Source: Mizuhopecten yessoensis
Taxonomy: Eukaryota
Direction: 5' to 3'
Assembly (NCBI RefSeq): GCF_002113885.1
Contig: NW_018479992.1
Coordinates: 207,226 to 271,225 of the forward strand
Length of the DNA: 64,000 nucleotides
The position numbers and the translations under genes are program-made. Shown in pieces: positions 13,360 to 27,740 of this stretch. Numbering within the stretch: position 1 is the stretch's first letter; each line of letters starts with the position of its first letter. The notes below the pieces were generated by a model. It did not search any database and was not told the origin of the DNA. It saw only the letters and a list, made by a program, of their open reading frames with translations.

Positions 13360-16300
13360 CTAAAAATAGAAGTACCCATCATTAATTTATTTCTTACTAT
13401 CCTGATGTTTTTCTGAATCCCTAACAGTGATGAGGTTGATTCCTATGTTTGAATAATATAACCAACGAACGGACTGTATTTCGTACTAACTATGACCCGG
13501 AACCGGAAACAGAATCGTTATAATAAAGTATAGTTTATGCATGTACATTTATTGTCCTTGTGGTGAAATACGATTATTTGTTTTCTACGCCTCGTGAAAC
13601 ATGATTTATCTCCGGAAAACAAAGTACGATGTTTTTGTACTACAAGGGCAATCAAATTTTATGACTGTATTTTTTATACCGAAATACATGTAGAATAAAG
13701 GCACAACAGTGAAGATGATCGGGCTTCTGCACCATTGTTCGTTACCGCTCTGAACTCATGTGATATGCCGTTTACTGCACACGTTCTGATTTAAAGAAAT
13801 GTGACATGGAAACTCGAGTGCGTGAGGGGAACATTATATTTGTTTCCCCGTCACATGATCAGTAAAAATATTATATATATGAGGTATAAATGATATCTCA
13901 ATTTACACGCGTTTATTTAGAAGCTAATTTAGTTTGTAATATTTGAAAAAAAAACGGTGAGCTTATATGATACCTACTTTAAAACCACCTTTCTTCTTTT
14001 TATCTTTGTCTTTATCCTTGTCCTTCTTTTTCGTATCTGAAAAACAAACACATTTGTGTAGCGGCCCTTTAGATTCTGATAATATTAGTAGACGAACATA
14101 TATTCAGTATCATCTTAAAAACCCCATTAAGGTTTTGGTTTTTAACTTGTACTTTTTATGTGAAACATGATTTGTTACATAAGTAAATGCTATTATTCGA
14201 GATAGCTCCGTATGTTTTGCCCTCTTCATTTGTCTCCTAGAACAGAAAGTCCATTTTATCTTATAGACCAAAGAAACATCTCCCTGCGACTTATTTCACT
14301 CAACTAGAAAACTTCTCCGTGTGTCGCATACAATACGGGTTTTCCTGTCTGCGTGGCTTATACGAGAAGAAGACCTCGCCAAATGTCTTATAGAACAAAG
14401 AGTCCTGAAAAAAACGAGTATTCTCTATATGTCTTGTACAACATGAAGATGACACACTCGATGCGATTAATCCTTACCTTTGTCTTCTTGAATGTCCAAT
14501 TCGTCGTATATATCTTCACCTGTAAACAGGTACCAACATTAAAATCAAGAAACTTGTTTTTTTTTTTGCGCTGGCAAAATCATATACAATATTTGAATTC
14601 GGTATATCCCAATGTCCATAAGTAGATGTAAATGTTTAGATACGTTTAATAAGTGTAAGACACTTAGTCACCAATGCACCTCTAGACCGTGTATATAGAT
14701 AACAGTTCCCGGTAGTTACAAATAAAAAGAATACAGAAACGGAAAAACCCCACCGGGACCAAACTCCATATTCACTGTATCAGTTTAAAGGCATTGTAAC
14801 CGGCTTCGTATTACATTGGTTTGCACGAACACAACGTTAAACTGGACGATTACAATAACAGTAAGTGTATGGTGCGCGACTTACTCTGTAACACTGCGTA
14901 GGGTCCATCGGCGCTATGTCGTAAGCTTTCGTACTCGCTGGCTTGTCCTGTTGGAGAAAAGTCGGACAGTGTCTCAAATAAAAATCATACACAAAAAAGA
15001 TAACAATCACTTTTTGTGGAAATAGAAAACTTGGATTATTTTCTAGCCCAACTATATCCGCTTGAAACAAAGCCTACTATTACCGTCTAGAAATATAGGG
15101 ACCTGACCTTAGCTAAGGTGTTTCGAGTAATTTTACACGTTTTAGGGGTTTATATCAATTATCATCATCGGGGGGTATTTTTACCTTAAATTGATCTAAG
15201 CCCCTAAAACGTGTAAAATTACTCGAAACACTTAAGTTTGATTAGGTCAAAAATAGCTGTAACTGATTCTCAGGCCTCTGTGTCTAGAAGGGGGGCCCCG
15301 ACCAGAACGTCAGTTTCCCACTCATAGGGTTTAGGAATTTGAACTCCGAACCAAAGTTTTACCTAGGTCATTGCTCCAAATTTTTCATCCTGAAAAAAAT
15401 TCGATTGTTTTTTTCTCCCACCTCGTATGTTGGGTTACGGTAAAAACTGACACCGATATTGCGAACAATGTAATAATTGTAGATTTCCTTGATAACATAC
15501 AAACTGGGGACCCATCTGTATTTTGGTGGTAGCTATTTTTCCTCTGATTAAAAATCATGTCACACGTCACTTTAAGTTTGTGTTACGTCAGTGACGTTGC
15601 ATTGCAGAACACCAGCTGACAAGACACATTTTAACGAGAAAATTCACTAATACACTTCTTAGTTATCACTATCAGATCAAGAATTACGCGTAATTATATG
15701 TGTCGCCTGTCCCGCTTTGTCAATATAATAAGCATTTGACATAGTTCATAAGGAAACGGACCTAAACGCAAAATCATAACATTGATTTTTTTTAAAGTCC
15801 AGAAATTTGAGGTTTTTACCCAAAAAATACAGAAATCGTAGAAATGCTAGTAAAGAGAGTAATGCATTCAGCTAAACATCCCATGATACACCTATGACCC
15901 AAGTTTGGTTGCGCTAGCATTTATACTTTGTCAGAAACAGCCTAATATGAAAGAGCTAAACGCAAAACCTTAGCGTTGAGGTTTTTTTTAAGTCCAGAAA
16001 TTTGAGGTTTTTACCCAAAAAATACAGAAATCGTTGAAATGCTAGTAAAGAGTGTAATGCATTCAGCTCCACTACCCATGCTTCATCTATGATCGAGGTT
16101 TTGTTGGTGTAGCTTTGTCAGAAACAGAGCTAAACGCAAAACCTTAACATAGTTGACGCCGCCGTCGCCGTCGAAAAAGCAACGCCTATGTGTCTTTCCG
16201 ACATCCGTCGTAGGCGACACAAAAATGTTATTATGGAACTTCTGTCACCGTGCAGATTAAAGGGACACGTCGCATTATTTCTTCTGCTATAATAGCATGT

Positions 16301-19300
16301 GGCATGTTCATGTGAGATAAGCTTTACCCGTCTAAGTACATGTATAACTAGTGAGTTAATTAACTTGATACAAAAGAAAACCTACCTTGTGCATCGGACT
16401 TTTTAGAGAGTTCGAATTTGGTATTTTTAATAGGTTCCTCATAGGCATCTGTTTCGAGTGGAGTTGGCACCAGGGGGCGTCCCGATATGTTTGTCCGATC
16501 TGTAATAATATAACCATTATATACACTTCCGGTATACCCATACCTCGGTGGTCCTGACTTGCAATGGAGACTAAGTTATGATAATCGCCAGGATGACCTG
16601 TAACATTCCGTCAGGTATACTCATCCCTCTCATTCATAGAACGTGCCTACGAGTCCCTACGCCACGCACGAATGAATGTGGACCTATCCGAATGGCTATC
16701 CTTCGTAAATAAGCTCACACGCACATCGGCACTCGAACCAACAACACTAAGTGATCAGTACTCTTTATACCATGCGTACAAGCAGCCTTTAGTAATGCAC
16801 GCATGGACATGACACATAACAATACATGTACCATACGTACCCACAACCTGTAGTGATACATGTACCATACGTACCAACAATCCTGAGTAATACATGTACC
16901 TTACGTATACGTACCCACACAACCCTTGGTTATACATATTAGATACGTAGCCACAACCCTTAGTTATATAGATACGATACGTACCCACAACCCTTATTGA
17001 TACATATACCATACGTATCCATATCCATAACCTTTAGTAATACATGTACCATGCGTACCTATAACCCATAGTTATACATGTACCATGCGTACCTATAACC
17101 CATAGTTATACATGTACCTTATACCTGTACCATACGTACCCACACAACCCTGATTAATAAATTAAATGTACCATACGTACCTACAACCTTAGTTATACAT
17201 GTACCTTACGTACCTATAACCATTAGTTATTCATGTACCTTATACATGAACCTTACGTACCCACACAACCCTTAGTAATACATTTACCATACGTACCCAC
17301 ACAACCCTGATTAATAAATTAAATGTACCATACGTACCTACAACCTTAGTTATACATGTACCTTACGTACCTATAACCATTAGTTATTCATGTACCTTAT
17401 ACATGATCCTTACGTACCCACACAACCCTTAGTAATACATTTACCATTAGTTATACATGTACCTTACGTACCTATAACCATTAGTTATTCTTGTTCCTTA
17501 TACATGATCCTTACGTACCCACACAACCCTTAGTAATCCATTTACCATACGTTCCCCCGCAACCCTGAGGTATACATGTACCATACGTCCCCACAACCCT
17601 TAGTAATACATTTACTATACGTACCCACACAACCCTGAGTTATCCATGTGCCTTCCGTACCCACAACCCTTAGTAATACACTTACAATACGTACCCACAC
17701 AACCCTGAGTTATACATGGACCTTACGTACCCACAACCCTTAGTAATACACTTACAATACGTACCCACACAACCCTGAGTTGTACATGTACCATACGTAG
17801 CCACAACCCTTAGTAATACATTTACATTACGTACCCACACAACCCTGATTTATACATGTGCCTTACGTACCTACAACCCTTAGTTATACATGTACCTTAT
17901 ACATGTACCATACGTACCTATAACCCAAAGTAATACATGTACCATCCGTCCCCACACAACCCTGAGTTATACATGGACCTTACGTACCCACAACCCTTAG
18001 TAATCCATGTACATTATACATGTACCATACGTCCCCACAACCCTTAGTAATACATTTACTATACGTACCCACACAACCCTGAGTTATCCATGTGCCTTCC
18101 GTACCCACAACCCTTAGTAATACACTTACAATACGTACCCACACAACCCTGAGTTATACACGTACCAAACGAACCCACAACCTTAGTAATACATCAACCC
18201 TTAGTAATACATTTACAATACGTACACAATACATGTACCATACGTACCCACACAACCCTTAGCGGTACACGTACCATACGTATCCACAACCCTAAGGTAC
18301 CTTATACATGTACCATACGTACCTATAACCCATAGTAATACATTTACAATACGTACACAATACATGTACCATACGTACCCACAACCATTAGTAATACATT
18401 TACAATACGTACCCCCACAACCCTGAGTTATACATGTACCTTACGTATCCACAACCCTTAGTAATACATGTACATTATACATGTACCATACGTGCCCACA
18501 ACCCTTAGTAATACATTTACATTACGTACCCACACAACCCTGATTTATACATGTGCCTTACGTACCTACAACCCTTAGTTATACATGTTCCTTATACATG
18601 TACCATACGTACCTATAACCCAAAGTAATACATGTACCATCCGTCCCCACACAACCCTGAGTTATACATGTACCAAACGAACCCACGACCTTAGTAATAC
18701 ATGTACCTTACGTTTTATGGGATACACACATGTATGCTTATGTAATTTGTGTAATCTAGCTCATTATTTATCTAACTGTTGTATAGCTAAAATGTAATAC
18801 CTGGGCTGACCATGCTGGTAGGGCTCTCCCCCACCGCTGGAAAGCTCGGGTCATCGTTCATTTAGAGCTGTTTCTGTGATAATAGTGGATTTAAAATGTA
18901 CATGAAAAACTTTCTTACCAATTTACAATTTATAGAACTATTTTATCATTGTTGTAAATAACGTACATTTTTTAATATGCTTGACCATATGGTAGACGAG
19001 TCTTTGACTCAATATGTAGTTTAAATAAAGACTATTATTAGTATTACCTTTTACGTACCTATAACCCATAGTTATACATGAACCTTATACCTGTACCATA
19101 CGTACCCACACAACCCTGATTTATACATGTACCTTACGTACATACAACCCTTAGTTATACATGTACCTTATACATGTACCATACGGACCTATAACCCATA
19201 GTAATACATTTACAATACGTACCCCCACAACCCTGAGTTATACATGTACCTTACGTAGCCACAACCCTTAGTAATACATTTACCATACATACCCACACAA

Positions 19301-22300
19301 CCCTGAGGTATACATGTACCATACGTACCCACAACCATTAGTAATACATTTACAATACGTACACACACAACCCTGAGTTATACATGTAACTTACGTACCC
19401 ACAACCCTTAGTAATCCATGTACATTATACATGTACCATACGTCCCCACAACCCTTAGTAATACATTTACATTACGTACCCACACAACCCTGATTTATAC
19501 ATGTGCCTTACGTACCTACAACCCTTAGTTATACATGTACCTTATACATGTACCATACGTACCTATAACCCAAAGTAATACATGTACCATCCGTCCCCAC
19601 ACAACCCTGAGTTATACATGTCCCTTACGTACCCACAACCCTTAGTAATACACTTACAATACGTACCCACACAACCCTGATTTATACATGTCCCTTACGT
19701 ACCTACAACCCTTAGTTATACATGTACCTTATACATGTACCATACGTACCTATAACCCAAAGTAATACATGTACCATCCGTCCCCACACAACCCTGAGTT
19801 ATACATGTTCCTTACGTACCCACAACCCTTAGTAATACATTTACCATACGTACCCACACAACCCTGAGTTATACATGTACCAAACGAACCCACAACCTTA
19901 GTAATACATGTACCTTACGTTTTATGGGATACACACATGTATGCTTATGTAATTTGTGTAATCTAGCACATTATTTATCTAACTGTTGTATAGTTAAAAT
20001 GTAATACCTGGGCTGACCATGCTGGTAGGGCTCTCCCCCACCGCTGGAAAGCTCGGGTCATCGTTCATTTAGAGCTGTTTCTGTGATAATAGTGGATTTA
20101 AAATGTACATGAAAAACTTTCTTACCAATTTACAATTTATAGAACTATTTTATCATTGTTGTAAATAACGTACATTTTTTAATATGCTTGACCATATGGT
20201 AGACGAGTCTTTGACTCAATATGTAGTTTAAATAAAGACTATTATTAGTATTACCTTTTACGTACCTATAACCCATAGTTATACATGTAACATACGTACC
20301 CACAACCCTGAGTAATGACATGAACCGTACGTCACCACAACCCTGAGTAATACATGTACCATGCGTACCTATAATCCATAGTTATACATGTACGTCCCCA
20401 CAACCCTGAGTAATTATATGAACCTTACGTCCCCACAATCCTGAGTAATACATGTACCATGTGTACATACAACCCATAGTTATATATGTGACATACGTAC
20501 CTATAACCCATAGTTATACATGTAACATACGTACCCACAACCCTGAGTAATAACATGGACCTTACGTACCCACACACCCCTTAGTGATACATGAATCTTA
20601 CGTACCCACAACCCTTAGTAATACATGTAACATATGTACCAACATCCCTTAGTGACACATGTACCATACGTACCCACACAACCCTTAGCGGTACACGTAC
20701 CATACGTATCCACAACCCTTAGTGATACACGTACCATACGCAACCACAACCCTGAGTAATACATGTACCATACGTACCCACACAACCCTTAGTGGTACAC
20801 GTACCATAAGTATCCACAACCCTTAGTGATACACGTACCATACGTATCCACAACCCTTAGTGATACACGTACCATACGTCCCCACACAACCCTTAGTGAT
20901 ACACGTACCATACGTATCCACAACCCTAAGGGATACACGTACCATACGTCCCAACAACCCTGAGTAATACATGTACCATACGTACCCACACAACCCTTTG
21001 TGGTACACGTACCATACGTATACACAACCCTTAGTGATACACGTACCATACGCACCCACAACCCTGAGTAATACATGTATCATTCGTACACACACAACCC
21101 TTAGTGATACACCTACCATACGAAATCGGATCCCATATATAGTATATAAACAGAGTGTCTAGTATTTAAAGTTTAGATATGTTTCATCTCTCAATTTATT
21201 CAAGTTGGGTATTTATTTCTCGGGATATGAGTTCTTATGTTACTCTACATCATAAAGAAATGCCAACACATGTAAGTGTAATAAATGTCTCGTTCAACGT
21301 TAAATAACACTTTGAAGAAAATGAACACAGTAATTATGGTACAAAATGGACCGTACCCACATTCCCGTCACTGTAGGTATCTATATGTATATCATCACCC
21401 AGTGACTGCTTGATTGAATATACATCTTTCAGTTTTTTATCACCCAGTGACTGCTTAACTACAGAAAAAGACTACGTACGTTTGGCATGACTTCACATAA
21501 AGAATCTGTACAAATATGTTCATGCATTTAGATGTATACAACTGTACATGGATGTGGTATGGGATGTTTAAAATGTCTTTGTTAAACTATAGATCATATA
21601 TAGTTGTACGGATACAGTATACTGGGTTTGAGTTTAATATCAAGATGTTGATGAAGGGATCCAGAAACAGGTCATTATTTATCAAACTGTATGCTGAATA
21701 AAGTCTTTACATAAACACAGGCACCCGTACTCATAATGAACTGTTTATCTGACACAAACACAACAGTTTTATATCATACACTGTACCTGCGGTCTGGCTG
21801 TCGTATTGATCGAGTGATATTTCAGTGAAATATGACCATGTGTTTCCCTTGGTTATCTATTCATTATTCAGTTATCTAACTGTTTTGTAAACATGACAGA
21901 GCAGTGGAACATATTTAGAGAACATTAGACGCATGCTAGTAACACAGGTTATATACAGTAATAGCGAGGAAATACATATCTAATTACCTGGTTATATACA
22001 GTAATAGCGGGGCTATACATATCTAATTACCTGGTCATATACAGTAATAGCGGGGATATACATATCTCATTACCTGGTTATATACAGTAATAGCGGGGGT
22101 ATACATATCTAATTACCTGGTTATATACCGTAATAGCGGGGATATACATATCTAATTACATGGTTATATACAGTAATAGCGGGGATATACATGTCTAATT
22201 ACCTGGTTATATACAGTAATAGTGGGGATATACATATCTAATTACCTGGTTATATACAGTAATAGCGGGGATATACATATCTAATTACCTGGTTATACAC

Positions 22301-24704
22301 AGTAATAGTGGGGAAATACATATCTAATTACCTGGTTATATACAGTAATAGCGGGGATATACATATCTAATTATACATATAATTACCTGGTTATATACAG
22401 TAATAGCGGGGATATACATATCTAATTACTTGGTTATATACAGTAATAGTGGGGATATGCATATCTAATTACCTGGTTATATACAGTAATAGCGGGGATA
22501 TATATATCTCATTACCTGGTTATATACAGTAATAGCGGGGATATACATATCTAATTACCTGGTTATATACAGTAATATCGGGGATATACAGATCTAATTA
22601 TATATATAATTACCTGGTTATATACAGTAATAGCGGGGATATACATATCTAGTTACCTGGTTATATACAGTAATAGTGGGGATATACATAGCTAATTACC
22701 TGGTTATATACAGTAATAGCGGGCATATACCTATCTAATTACATGGTTATATACAGTAATAGCGGGGATATACATATCTAATTACCTGGTTATATACAGT
22801 AATAGCGGAGATATACATATCTAAATACCTGGTCATATACAGTAATAGCGGGGATATACATATCTAATTACCTGGTTATATTAACATAAATACGTCCTAA
22901 TAATTATTGTCATGTGTTGCTCACCTGTCGAGGGCGTTGGCTTGCGGGGGACGTTCCTCACCGGTACATCCGGCGCAGGGGGCGGGGATGGGGAGGGTGT
23001 TGAAGGGGCGATGTGAAGGTCATCCGTCTGTATAGACAGCCAGGAAGGGGGACTTGACCTGCCTGAACAATGTTTAGAAAATCAGTATAAAAGTTGTCTC
23101 AGTTAGAAGATATCATCGTGATTCCAATAATTACGAAACAATTTTGTATAAAAATCGACTATATAATTGGATCATACATCTATACAAATTATATGTCAAT
23201 ACCTGGCTCGTCAATCAATTCAAACTGTCACAGCTGTCTTGTGTAATTCCACTTCATGCAATGACATTGTACTTATAACAGGTACTGGTCATTCAAGTTA
23301 ACGCAGATTTATTTCAATGTCTTTAGTGGTAGAACATGCCAGGATAATTATCCAATGTCAAAGAAAAAGAAAAGTCCGCTTGAGTGTCCACTATATTTTA
23401 AATACAGTTTGTAAAATTTAAAGGCGCCATTATTATTAATATTAGCCATACCAGAGGACAGACTTACCAGAACTTCCGCTACTGGGTCTTGGCGATTCTT
23501 TTGATTTTGTTTTGTTTTTGTCTTTGTCCTTTTTGTCCTTCTTTGCGTTTTTGTCTTTCGGAGATTTTGGGCCGTCATCCTTGGTTGGGGATTTGGCACC
23601 AGGAAGAGACAACTGAATCGGAGATGTCGGTGTTTTGGACCTGGGGGACAGTTTTCGTTCGTCCCTGTCCGGGGGGAGAGGTGGTGGCGTGGCCGCGGGA
23701 GAGGGGACAGGATCCTGTTTGATTGGGGATGGTTTGACGGTAATCCATGTATTGTCTTTCTGTATGTGTATGTTAACTTTACTCGTCAAGTCGACATAAA
23801 AACTTTCCTGAATCAGTGTTCTGTCCACTGTCTGGGGGAACAGTTTAGCCATTGTCGATTTATACGTTTTGTCGTTTTTGTCTGCAGTGACTTTGACCTT
23901 TACATCATTAACAGCAGCACTGGCTTGGAGAGGAAATAATGCCAGCGTGGGCTGGACCTTCTTTTTAGCAGTTCCGGGTCCACATGTGGGTGACACTGAC
24001 GGTCTCAGAAGACCCACAATGACCTCATGGTTTGAAACCCGACTCAGCTTCAATGTGTCACCGATGACGTCACACTTCTCCCCATTCAGGTCAGTTTTGG
24101 CTACCGTTTGAAACTGCGGGTCAAGAAATCGGACAGTTTGCGGTAAATGTAATCTGTCGACGACTTCCTGTAATGTATACGTCGTGTCGTCTGACAGCAA
24201 CCGGAACCTGATTTTATCCTTGGTGGTGAGGACGATTGTCTTATCATTGAACTTACAGTAAAGGTTTGCCGTTCCTATTGCCTTATCCAGTTCGAGCTGG
24301 GCTCCGGTCGGTACCGCCAGAGGTTTGCCGCTGCCATCCCCCGTTGAGGAGAAGCCATCCTCAACCTTTACATACCGCGGGAAGTCCTCTATCAGGTCCT
24401 TCAGCGTCGTGTATATCTTGGTTCCCGCATCCTCGCGAGCTATCCTCACCTTCCCCGCGTATCCCAGGGGTATGAATATTTCGTCCGATTTACCCGTACT
24501 ATCGGAACGTTTGGACACAAAACATGCCGCTACCTTTTTAATGGCTATTCCGAAGTCGAGCTTTAACAAATAACCCTCCGAAAAGTCGGCGTGTGTACAT
24601 CCATTCACAACCTTAACCATACACGGTAGTCCCAGCTTGTTCACGGCTTCTTTGGCCGAGACCTGACCGTCCGTCCACACTATAGCAGAGTCTAAGTCCG
24701 CCAT
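12940..24704 (-). CDS. CABIT-domain / proline-rich / SAM-domain adaptor, GAREM/THEMIS-like paralogue 1 (~669 aa)
   Basis: Exons 23468-24704 (CABIT + PPPLPP + Lys-rich), 22925-23062 (Pro-rich), [optional 16544-16597], 16386-16499 (AYEEP), 14478-14519 (IYDEL), 13978-14036 (poly-K/D) and 12940-13359 (SAM ending GWRPT*). All GT-AG and phase-consistent. CABIT hallmarks: W..., LPCMVKV..G, IPLGYAG, FPRYV, LYC, YTLQEVV..LPQTV. The GWRP SAM end matches GAREM. Confidence 0.85.
15118..15231. repeat. Perfect 31-bp inverted repeat with a 52-bp spacer (foldback/MITE-like)
   Basis: 15118-15148 gtgtttcgagtaattttacacgttttagggg is the exact reverse complement of 15201-15231. Confidence 0.85.
15675..16226 (+). 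mobile_element. Non-autonomous Helitron/Helentron(HINE)-like element with internal ~180-bp tandem subrepeats
   Basis: Subterminal inverted motif tgtgtcgcct (~15699) / aggcgacaca (~16212), terminal A-run, gacgccgccgtcgccg tract, and internal repeats starting ctaaacgcaaaa at ~15762, ~15956 and ~16130. The family assignment is from architecture only. Confidence 0.55.
16800..21122. repeat. ~34-36-bp minisatellite in an intron of paralogue 1, interrupted twice by the same ~330-bp insert
   Basis: Unit tacatgtaccatacgtacccac(ac)aacccttagtaa. Inserts at ~18712-19045 and ~19919-20252. Confidence 0.95.
21945..22880. repeat. ~43-bp minisatellite
   Basis: About 21 copies of taattacctggttatatacagtaatagcggggatatacatatc. 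Confidence 0.95.
23468..24704 (-). CDS. CABIT-domain first coding exon of paralogue 1
   Basis: 1237-nt open exon from ATG 24704 to the donor G|gtaagt at 23468/23467. The ORF-track tail (KSVLWYG) is intronic. Confidence 0.88.
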
Positions 24705-27598
24705 TATTGAACGCTTCCACTTTTACCATGGGTATAAGGACAATTCCCTGAAGAATGTGCGTGTCTGGGTATACGTATACACTGTACGTACACCACTTGT
24801 AAACGCTAGATCTGTAATGCCCCAGTGCCCGTCCCTACTCTCGACAAACAAAGCCCAGGCAAGAACGGGTTTTAAAACATGTTCGTTCAAGCATGGCCCA
24901 TACAGGTAAGATAAATTTCCATAATTGTGTTGTATACACAAAGCTCGCAGTCGATTCACCGGTAATCCCGTTCACAAATATTAGTCCTATTAACCCGGAT
25001 CGGCTAATTAGCATAACGGGTCAGATCATTGACCAATGGTCAGGCCGCGTGTATACGAAAACGTGCCAATTAATTACATGCTATTGTACCTGGAAATTCT
25101 CCCTTAAAGGCTGAGCACTTCTCAGACACTTCATGTCGTCTGCTTTCTGGTCCTTTTTGTAATTATGCATATATTACCCAACAACGCTTTCTTGTGTGTG
25201 TGTGTTAATTGACTATTTTACGTAACTTTGCAATACCTATAGCCCAATAAACTGCATATACATGTATACGATTTTGGGTTTTGTTACAGGTGGTTTAATT
25301 TATAACCCCGCGATTATGACACATTCTGCACTGTGCGATAATGTCAGGTCTTGCTAATCGAATGAAAAAAACACCAAACAACATAATGAATTAAAAGAAT
25401 TCCGTCCATATCAAGAGAACATCATTATCAGTAAGTACAGATTTAATTACATATACCTGTATATTGCGACTTAATTTCTGCAGAATCGTCCAAAACACTT
25501 CCCCGGACACGCGATCATGGTCTAATTACCATAGCCAGGCATAGACCTTGGGGGGAAATGTGCAGTCTTGACACGTTTTACATGTAGTTCTCTATTATAA
25601 ACGTAATACCATCCCCTCAGGGTCATTATAGAGTCGACTGGTACCGGCCGTCTACACGAAAATCTCTTAATATAATTTAATGCCTTTTAGTATTACTACA
25701 AACAAAGTACAGCCCCAGGCATAAAACAGAAATTGGAACATCAGTATTTTCCAAATCAATTCGGGGTTGATGTTGAGTTATTCTAAATGAAGGCTATCAC
25801 GTGCACGTGTATAAACCTCTTGATCTTTTGAACATTTTAAGTATATATCTCGATCCGTAGTTATGAACATCTGCATGCTCAAAAATGCAAGCTCAAGCAA
25901 ACAATCTGGTAACTTGTCGCACGATTAAAAAGTCGAGTGTTAACATTGAAAAAAAATCTCAGCATTTGATCTCTCCAATATTCTTTCATATTATTTGAGT
26001 TTGAACATGAGAACAGTTTCATGAAACAGGCTCATGTGTACGAAACCTTACTTTGGATTACTTTTCGGAAATGTATGCTTCGCTACGAAAGTTCTTTAAT
26101 AAAATCTAAAAATTTAATAATGTCTAAATAAATAAATGATAAAAGAAATATACAAAATTTGATATAGCGCACTACCTAGGTAGAAAAACCAGCTCTTAAA
26201 CGTTTTAATAAGTAAATATTGAATGTTTTAACAGGTGAAGTTGCACCTGTCAAATATTCCAAGATTAAGATACACGTGTCAACCTTTTTCAAATGCTAAT
26301 CTTGACGTGTTCATCGTATCAAATGTTTTATGCCTATGGTTGTTTATGTAACTTTAACGCAATACGTATTAAAAGTGGAAGAATATTTCAGATTTTATCT
26401 CATAAATGTGTAAAGTATTTAATATTTTTCCGACCTGCCATCTTGAACGTCCTATTGTATATCGGAAAAAAATCTTATTGACAATGTGTTTTTAATTTCC
26501 CTCTTTTTCGTGACAATTTTTACCTAAAAATCTTAAAGGAAACTGACTTCTATGGAATAAGCATGTATAATGTGAATTTTTGTTAAGTATAAACAATGTT
26601 AACAATTCAAAAACAAAAACAGGTGTTATACAACAGTGCTTAATTATGAAGAGTGAAAATAGCTTTTTACTAAGAACTGCGAATGTGTGAAATAGCTTAC
26701 CGGAAAATGTAGTGTTTGCTAATAATTTAAACTGTTTTAAAAATGAACTTGATAAAAAAAACCTAGGAAAACATTGACCTAATATATAACTTCAAAGCTT
26801 ATTTATAGACAGGTATGTCGTTACAAACTAATGACTTTCATTATGTTTTGAGTCTGGTGTAGAGGACACGAAATCCTGTACCAGAAATCCTTCACTAAAT
26901 TAAAAAAGATATATATATATTAGCCCACATCATTATCTCACGTCGCTTGTTCGTTGGTATGTTTATTACTTCTGTACCAAACAAAACGACAGCTACTGGA
27001 GGGACGAGGGAAGCTTTAGAGCCCCTGCATTATGTCCACAGTTAGAATGGTATGTCACTTACACAGGAGCTAGCGTCTGTAAACAATATTACCACTTCCT
27101 GGTCACGTTTACAAGCAGACCGACACAACTTTAATGTTTGGAAAACATTTAATTTGATAAAAATTCTCAATTCTTTATTTTCCTTTACTCGTCTGCAAGT
27201 GTACACACCGTGACACATATATAGAAAGAGATTGTCAGTGTGCACATGTGTGGCTTTTGTACGGGGAATTCCCAGTATCAAGGAAGTTGATTAACTAGGA
27301 CGTATACACATGTGGCAAAGTGTTCACAGTACAAGATATCTAGTTACAAGTTAATATACAACCGTATATCAAGAAGTGTTAATCGTATAATGGAATGTCA
27401 ATAATGACGAAATGCAAGAATGATCTGTTAAATTTCGATACCTACATATATTATACCTACATTATCACCACTTGTAAGCTAAATATAGATCTAATACGTC
27501 ACTTGAAATTGTGCATGAGCGATAACATATACTTTATAACTAAATTTATGTTTCTCACCTGATATAGTCACAATGATGAAAATGATATTAAAGGATAG

Positions 27599-27740
27599 TT
27601 CCCGAATTTTCTAGACGTATATGGTACTACGTACGTTCTGTCACCTGAAACCTATTGATAGTTACATGTACGTTCTATAGTTACTAGCCGTCCCTGGACG
27701 TTTCTCGCGTTTTCTCCAGTAACCGTCGTTAGTATATAAG
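27599..27740 (+). promoter_or_regulatory. Heat-shock promoter of sHSP copy 1: HSE and TATA box
   Basis: TTCccGAAttTTCtaGAC at 27599-27616 (alternating nGAAn units) and TATATAAG at 27733-27740, ~185 bp upstream of the ATG. Confidence 0.75.

Noticed and set aside
9322-21162. Short ORFs within the 50-bp and 35-bp satellites (e.g. 9322-9630, 10205-10438, 20789-21119)
   Set aside because: Translations of satellite DNA with no domain signal.
21787-21856. Candidate extra exon of paralogue 1 (...YFTEISLDQYDSQTA, G|gtacag)
   Set aside because: No acceptor in the required phase without an in-frame stop.
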